Source: Takakia lepidozioides
Taxonomy: Eukaryota > Plantae > Bryophyta
Length of the DNA stretch: 64,000 nucleotides
Assembly: GCA_030704615.1 (NCBI GenBank)
Contig: CM060733.1
Span: forward strand, 55,366,001-55,430,000
Direction: 5' to 3'
Shown here: positions 60,819 through 64,000 of the stretch, in pieces
How the letters are laid out: each line of letters starts with the position of its first letter
Numbering within the stretch: the stretch's first letter is position 1
The notes under the pieces: generated by a model
The model's input: only the letters and a program-made list of their open reading frames with translations
Database searches by the model: none
Told to the model about the DNA's origin: nothing
Translations under genes and position numbers: made by a program

Positions 60819-62985
60819 ATGCAGGCAAAAATTGGTGGGTCGTTGCGGTCCTGGTTATCCATGGCACCGAACCTTTCGCTTTCCTCGCAGTCCTTCGGTT
60901 GTCCTTATTACAGAATTTGCTTCAGTAGTGGGCGGGTAGCAGGGATTTCTAGAACTCATATTACCTGTTGTTACGGCGACATCAGATGGAGGGGCCTCCA
61001 AGAGGAAAGGGCGGAGAAATACGGATTTAGAAGACACAAATTATGGCGGAATAGAGAGGGAGGGAGTGATTTAGGTATTGGGAGCGAGAGAGGAGCGAGG
61101 AGGGAGCTAACTACTGTGGCGGCAAAGCGTGGGTTTCTTACAGAGCTCCAGAGCCTCAAAGACGAAGCGAATGCTGGTGCGTTTCATTAGTTTGAGTTGT
61201 AGCTTGCTGATTAGATGGTAAGATTGTGTTCATATTTGTTACAGGGATTCAATGCTGTGAGGTACAAGGGCAGGTTCCAAGTCTGGTTTGAGCTGGAGGG
61301 GTGAGAAATCTAATCTCAAAACGAGAATGCCTGGTGAGGGTTGCTTAGCGGAGTGGGCTGTGCCTCTACAGCTGAAATGTCTGTTTACCTTCTTGCAGAA
61401 AAAATTGACGGAAGGTTCTTATCAATTTATTTGTTGTGGCGTCGAATTGGTATTAATCAGAGAAAGAGCTAAATGTTGTATGCTTTTGCACTGTGTAGCT
61501 GGTCCTCTTGAGTTTGAATCGCCGCTGCAGATAGTGTTGTATCCTGATCCAAGGTTGCGGGCTAAGAACAAGAGTATCAATGTTTTTGATCAGAAACTCC
61601 AGCAGCTTGTTCAAGAGATGTTTGATCTTATGTATAAGTAAGTGTCGCCCCACATTTGTCTTTTGAACCTTCCCGACCGTTTAGGAGGAACCTGTAAGGG
61701 TATTCCAGATGTGTCAATGTTTTTCATTAGTATGCGGTTTGGAGGTATCTTCACTCGTGTAATTTATGGACTGCATTCCCAAACATTTGTTCCACACATA
61801 GGTGGTATTGTGGTATGAATGGGGGCTGGCGATTTTGGTTTGGTTGGTGCAGGACAGATGGAGTGGGGTTATCGGCTCCACAAGTAGGAGTTAATGTGAG
61901 GCTTATGGTCTACAACCCAGTCGGAGAAAGGGGAAAAGGAGAAGAATTTGTCCTAGTAAACCCTCGCATTGTTAAGTATGGAAAAAATCGAGATGTGTTC
62001 ACAGAAGGTTGCCTGTCATTCCCCAGGATTGAAGCAGATGTTGAGGTGCGCTTCGCCATTTCTACATTTGGTCGCCTGTTCCTTGGGTTTGGTCAGTTCC
62101 ATAGGCAAAGTTCTTACTGGACAGTCTTTTCTGAACATCACCTGGATATTTACCCCAGGTCGTTCCTGAGCCTGCTAGCTGTATAGAGATGTCTGATGAA
62201 TGAGTGTGGTGGATTCCTATTCACAGAGGCCGCTATCAGTGAGGGTGGATGCGCAAGACATCAAGGGAAAGAAGTTCAGCATAAACTTGAAGGAGTGGCA
62301 AGCCAGGATCTTCCAGCATGAGTATGACCATCTTGAGGTATGGTCCTCATTTGCTCAGTGCTTCTGATTTGCAGGGCATGGTTTTCATAGCAGTTTTAGG
62401 CTTTTGCATTTGTTCTCAAGTCAGGAGCTATTCTCATGCCTATGTGATGGCAGGGCACATTGTATTTTGATCGGATGACCCCTGAAGTTCTGGACACCAT
62501 TTGTGCTGACCTTCAAGTAATTCTTCCGATCCATCCTTACTGCATATGTTATACGAAGACTCTGGTGTTCACTGAGCTGTCGATTTGAGGTGATTGAGGG
62601 TTAATCTCGGTTGACTGGTACTTGGAAGTCTCTTCTCCAGAGTGACTGCCAGTGGGGCTGTGCCAGTAGGAAGGGTCGGGAAGGGTCAGCGGGTGACAGT
62701 GGATACATTAGGAGAGAAAAACACAAATGCAAGTAGGTTACCTGTTTTTGTACCGAAACAGGGTTGCCAACCACAGAGTTTTGATTAGGTTGTCTACAAG
62801 AAAGAAATTTTACATGTATTTCCGGCATTTGAGTTTTCTTCTCTGGTACTTTCGTTCTGGAAGATGTGAATAATAACAAGGTCCTTTGTGGATGCGTTGC
62901 TTTTCAGAAGCTGGAAGATGCATATGAACAACATACTGGCCTTCCTGCCCCCGAGAAAATCAACAACAAACAAAATCAAATCTGA
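60819..62985 (+). CDS. PDF1B: Peptide deformylase 1B, organellar (6 exons)
   Basis: YPDPRLR, GVGLSAPQVG, EGCLS and QHEYDHL, with a transit-like first exon; start codon uncertain. Confidence 0.92.
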
Positions 62986-64000
62986 TATGTTCTCCCTCAC
63001 AACTACAAATCTATTTAGAGTTTGAGGGGGGATTGATTAGTTCTAAAAGAAGCAGTTCATATGCCATGTAGCTATGGCTACTCCCTGGCTTGCAGGGCTT
63101 TTGGTGAGTTTGGTAAGCTTCTGTTTCTCATTAGTTAACTTCACAGTTTGAGTATTTCTAGGTGTGATGTGTTGGCATGGAAAAAACTCTTTTGACTTGG
63201 TCTCATCTAATAAACCTTCAGTTTGAGGGTTTCTGTTCAGTGATGCTAGAAGCTGCATCTTGGAAGCCTGTGGGACAGTTGCCATTGTCATCCAATGCCC
63301 CAGCATCGCGGTAGTTACATCTTTGACAGGCAATTTGTCACAAAAATTCAACAAAGATCTTGACAAATCACAATCCTTCACATTGGCCTAACATTTTGTG
63401 TAAAAATCAGTGTACATTGTCCTATTAGACTCCAGATCATGGGGGTGAATCTTCATCACTGATCACATTCCCTACTCTTGGTCTGCTTTCCTCACAACTG
63501 CACTACAGTGAGAAGTTCAAAAGTCCGAGAGTTCATCCATTCTTACCAAATAACCAAATACTCGCAGCTTTTTGGTTTTTGAACTATGGCTAGTGGCAAT
63601 AGAAGGTTGTAGTCCGTCCCCTTCTTAAAGAAAAAGAAAGAAATTTTGCAGTCATCATTCTGATTGTATCTGGGGTCTGTGGTAGTGGTCTTATTCCAGT
63701 AAGGTCCCAGCCGATAGACTAATAATAAGATTACATGGCTGGAAGATGAGGACAAGCAGACCTTGTCTTCCACACACGTTTTCAGGTTTAGCAAGAACAT
63801 ACCCCAGAAAAACAACTTGCAATAAGAAATATGGACCAGAAAGATGAGAGGTGGGGAACCCAGCCGAGGAGTGGCTATGGTGGGCCCCGGTTCCTCGGCC
63901 AGACACCACAAAACACAGACAGAAGAATTACGCTTTTACAGAGATTAGAGTCAGATAGTGTTCCATTCTTCGAAACTGCAACTGAAGTCCTCTCTCACAA

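Overview
Land-plant (embryophyte) nuclear DNA; a non-seed plant is my inference. The right ~12 kb holds ordinary intact host genes: a single-exon SCARECROW-type GRAS gene, a U1A/U2B'' snRNP gene and a plastid peptide deformylase. The left ~51 kb is a nest of unusual transposons. (1) Two copies of a Ty3/Gypsy-type retrotransposon whose pol carries a C5 DNA methyltransferase between protease and RT and a PHD finger after integrase. It has a self-priming PBS and permuted termini (X-ORFs-Y-X-Y) that fit integration of a 2-LTR circle through an intra-LTR palindrome. (2) Two diverged copies of a large Mutator-like element with an intron-containing ParB/Srx + beta-class N4/N6 DNA-methyltransferase-like gene, plus family-specific, regularly spaced palindrome arrays in non-coding DNA and introns. 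(3) A Plavaka-type transposase beside decayed fragments of host genes (class III HD-ZIP, TRIPP-like). Most TE ORFs have frameshifts or stops (decay or assembly indels). All domain calls are by-eye motif recognition; no searches were run.
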